Source: a virus
Lineage: Duplodnaviria > Heunggongvirae > Uroviricota > Caudoviricetes
IMG/VR virus record: IMGVR_UViG_2740892423_000028
Coordinates: 1 to 16,955 of that record
Length of the DNA: 16,955 bases
Direction: 5' to 3' (one strand)
This document shows positions 16,611 through 16,955 of this stretch, one piece after another. Under the pieces are notes generated by a model. The model had not been told where the DNA came from, ran no database searches, and saw only the letters and a list, made by a program, of their open reading frames with translations. Numbering within the stretch: position 1 is the stretch's first letter; every line of letters begins with the position of its first letter. A program made the translations under genes and the position numbers.

Positions 16611-16634
16611 GCCCGCTTTTTGCGGGTTTTTTTT
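16611..16634 (+). terminator. tR'-like intrinsic terminator downstream of Q
   Basis: CCCGC-TTTTT-GCGGG hairpin followed by T8 (16627-16634). Confidence 0.75.
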
Positions 16635-16757
16635 ATGCCTGAAAAACGGTACAGGACGTTAAACGCGCTGATGGTTGCGAATACCGGTCTTTCAGCTTGC
16701 TGGCTTTTTCGACAAGAGCTATTGGTATGTCACGTTAACCAGAAAAGGGAAAAAGAC

Positions 16758-16955
16758 ATGCTAAAACAGCAGGATATGACCGAAACTGCCAGAGTGGTGT
16801 TTAATGAATTAAGCGTCACCGAACCGGCGACCGTCGGGGAAATTGCGCAGAATACGTACCTTTCACGCGAACGCTGCCAGTTAATACTGACTCAGCTTGT
16901 TATGGCGGGTCTGGCAGATTATCAGTTCGGTTGTTACAGACGCCTTCCGCAGTGA
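16758..16955 (+). CDS. Hypothetical small DNA-binding-like protein (possible winged helix)
   Basis: 65 aa from the ATG at 16758; stop at the window edge; the ORF-track entry 16620..16955 probably over-extends it across the terminator. Confidence 0.4.
   Translation: MLKQQDMTETARVVFNELSVTEPATVGEIAQNTYLSRERCQLILTQLVMAGLADYQFGCYRRLPQ

Larger units (their letters stand above)
982..16955. mobile_element. Qin/Rac-like lambdoid prophage integrated at the tRNA-Ser 3' end; right end beyond the window
   Basis: Integrase abuts the tRNA; gene order int-xis-exonuclease-ydfD-dicB-dicF-...-repressor / cro-cII-replication-nin-like-hok-DUF968-rusA-Q-tR'. The exact att core is not determined; it may overlap the tRNA 3' end. 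Confidence 0.85.

Noticed and set aside
1-16955. CRISPR arrays, rRNA genes, IS elements or transposases
   Set aside because: No regularly spaced direct repeats with spacers, no rRNA-like sequence and no transposase-like ORF or terminal inverted repeats were found.

Overview
The window runs from the chromosomal gene mtfA and tRNA-Ser(CGA) (serU-like) into about 16 kb of a Qin/Rac-like lambdoid prophage that continues past the window end. Leftward from the tRNA-proximal end: tyrosine integrase, excisionase-like gene, a large DEDDh-exonuclease protein, a YdfD-like gene, dicB, a DicF-like sRNA, then accessory genes and a DicA-like repressor. Rightward from the repressor: Cro-like and CII/YdaT-like genes, a replication organizer, a block of small tightly coupled genes, a hok-type toxin locus, DUF968, rusA, a Q-like antiterminator and a tR'-like terminator. 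No CRISPR array, rRNA or IS element was seen. Two runs of exactly 10 N (9439-9448, 14103-14112) are assembly gaps. I found no clear, recognisable multi-gene defence system; no Walker-A ATPase or obvious nuclease motif appears among the unknown genes. The best candidates for undescribed biology are an AT-rich convergent gene pair inside the dicB operon (5813-6572) and a four-gene coupled block containing a deoxyribosyltransferase-like protein (9920-11402). All family assignments rest on reading the translations and recall of known sequences, not on database searches.
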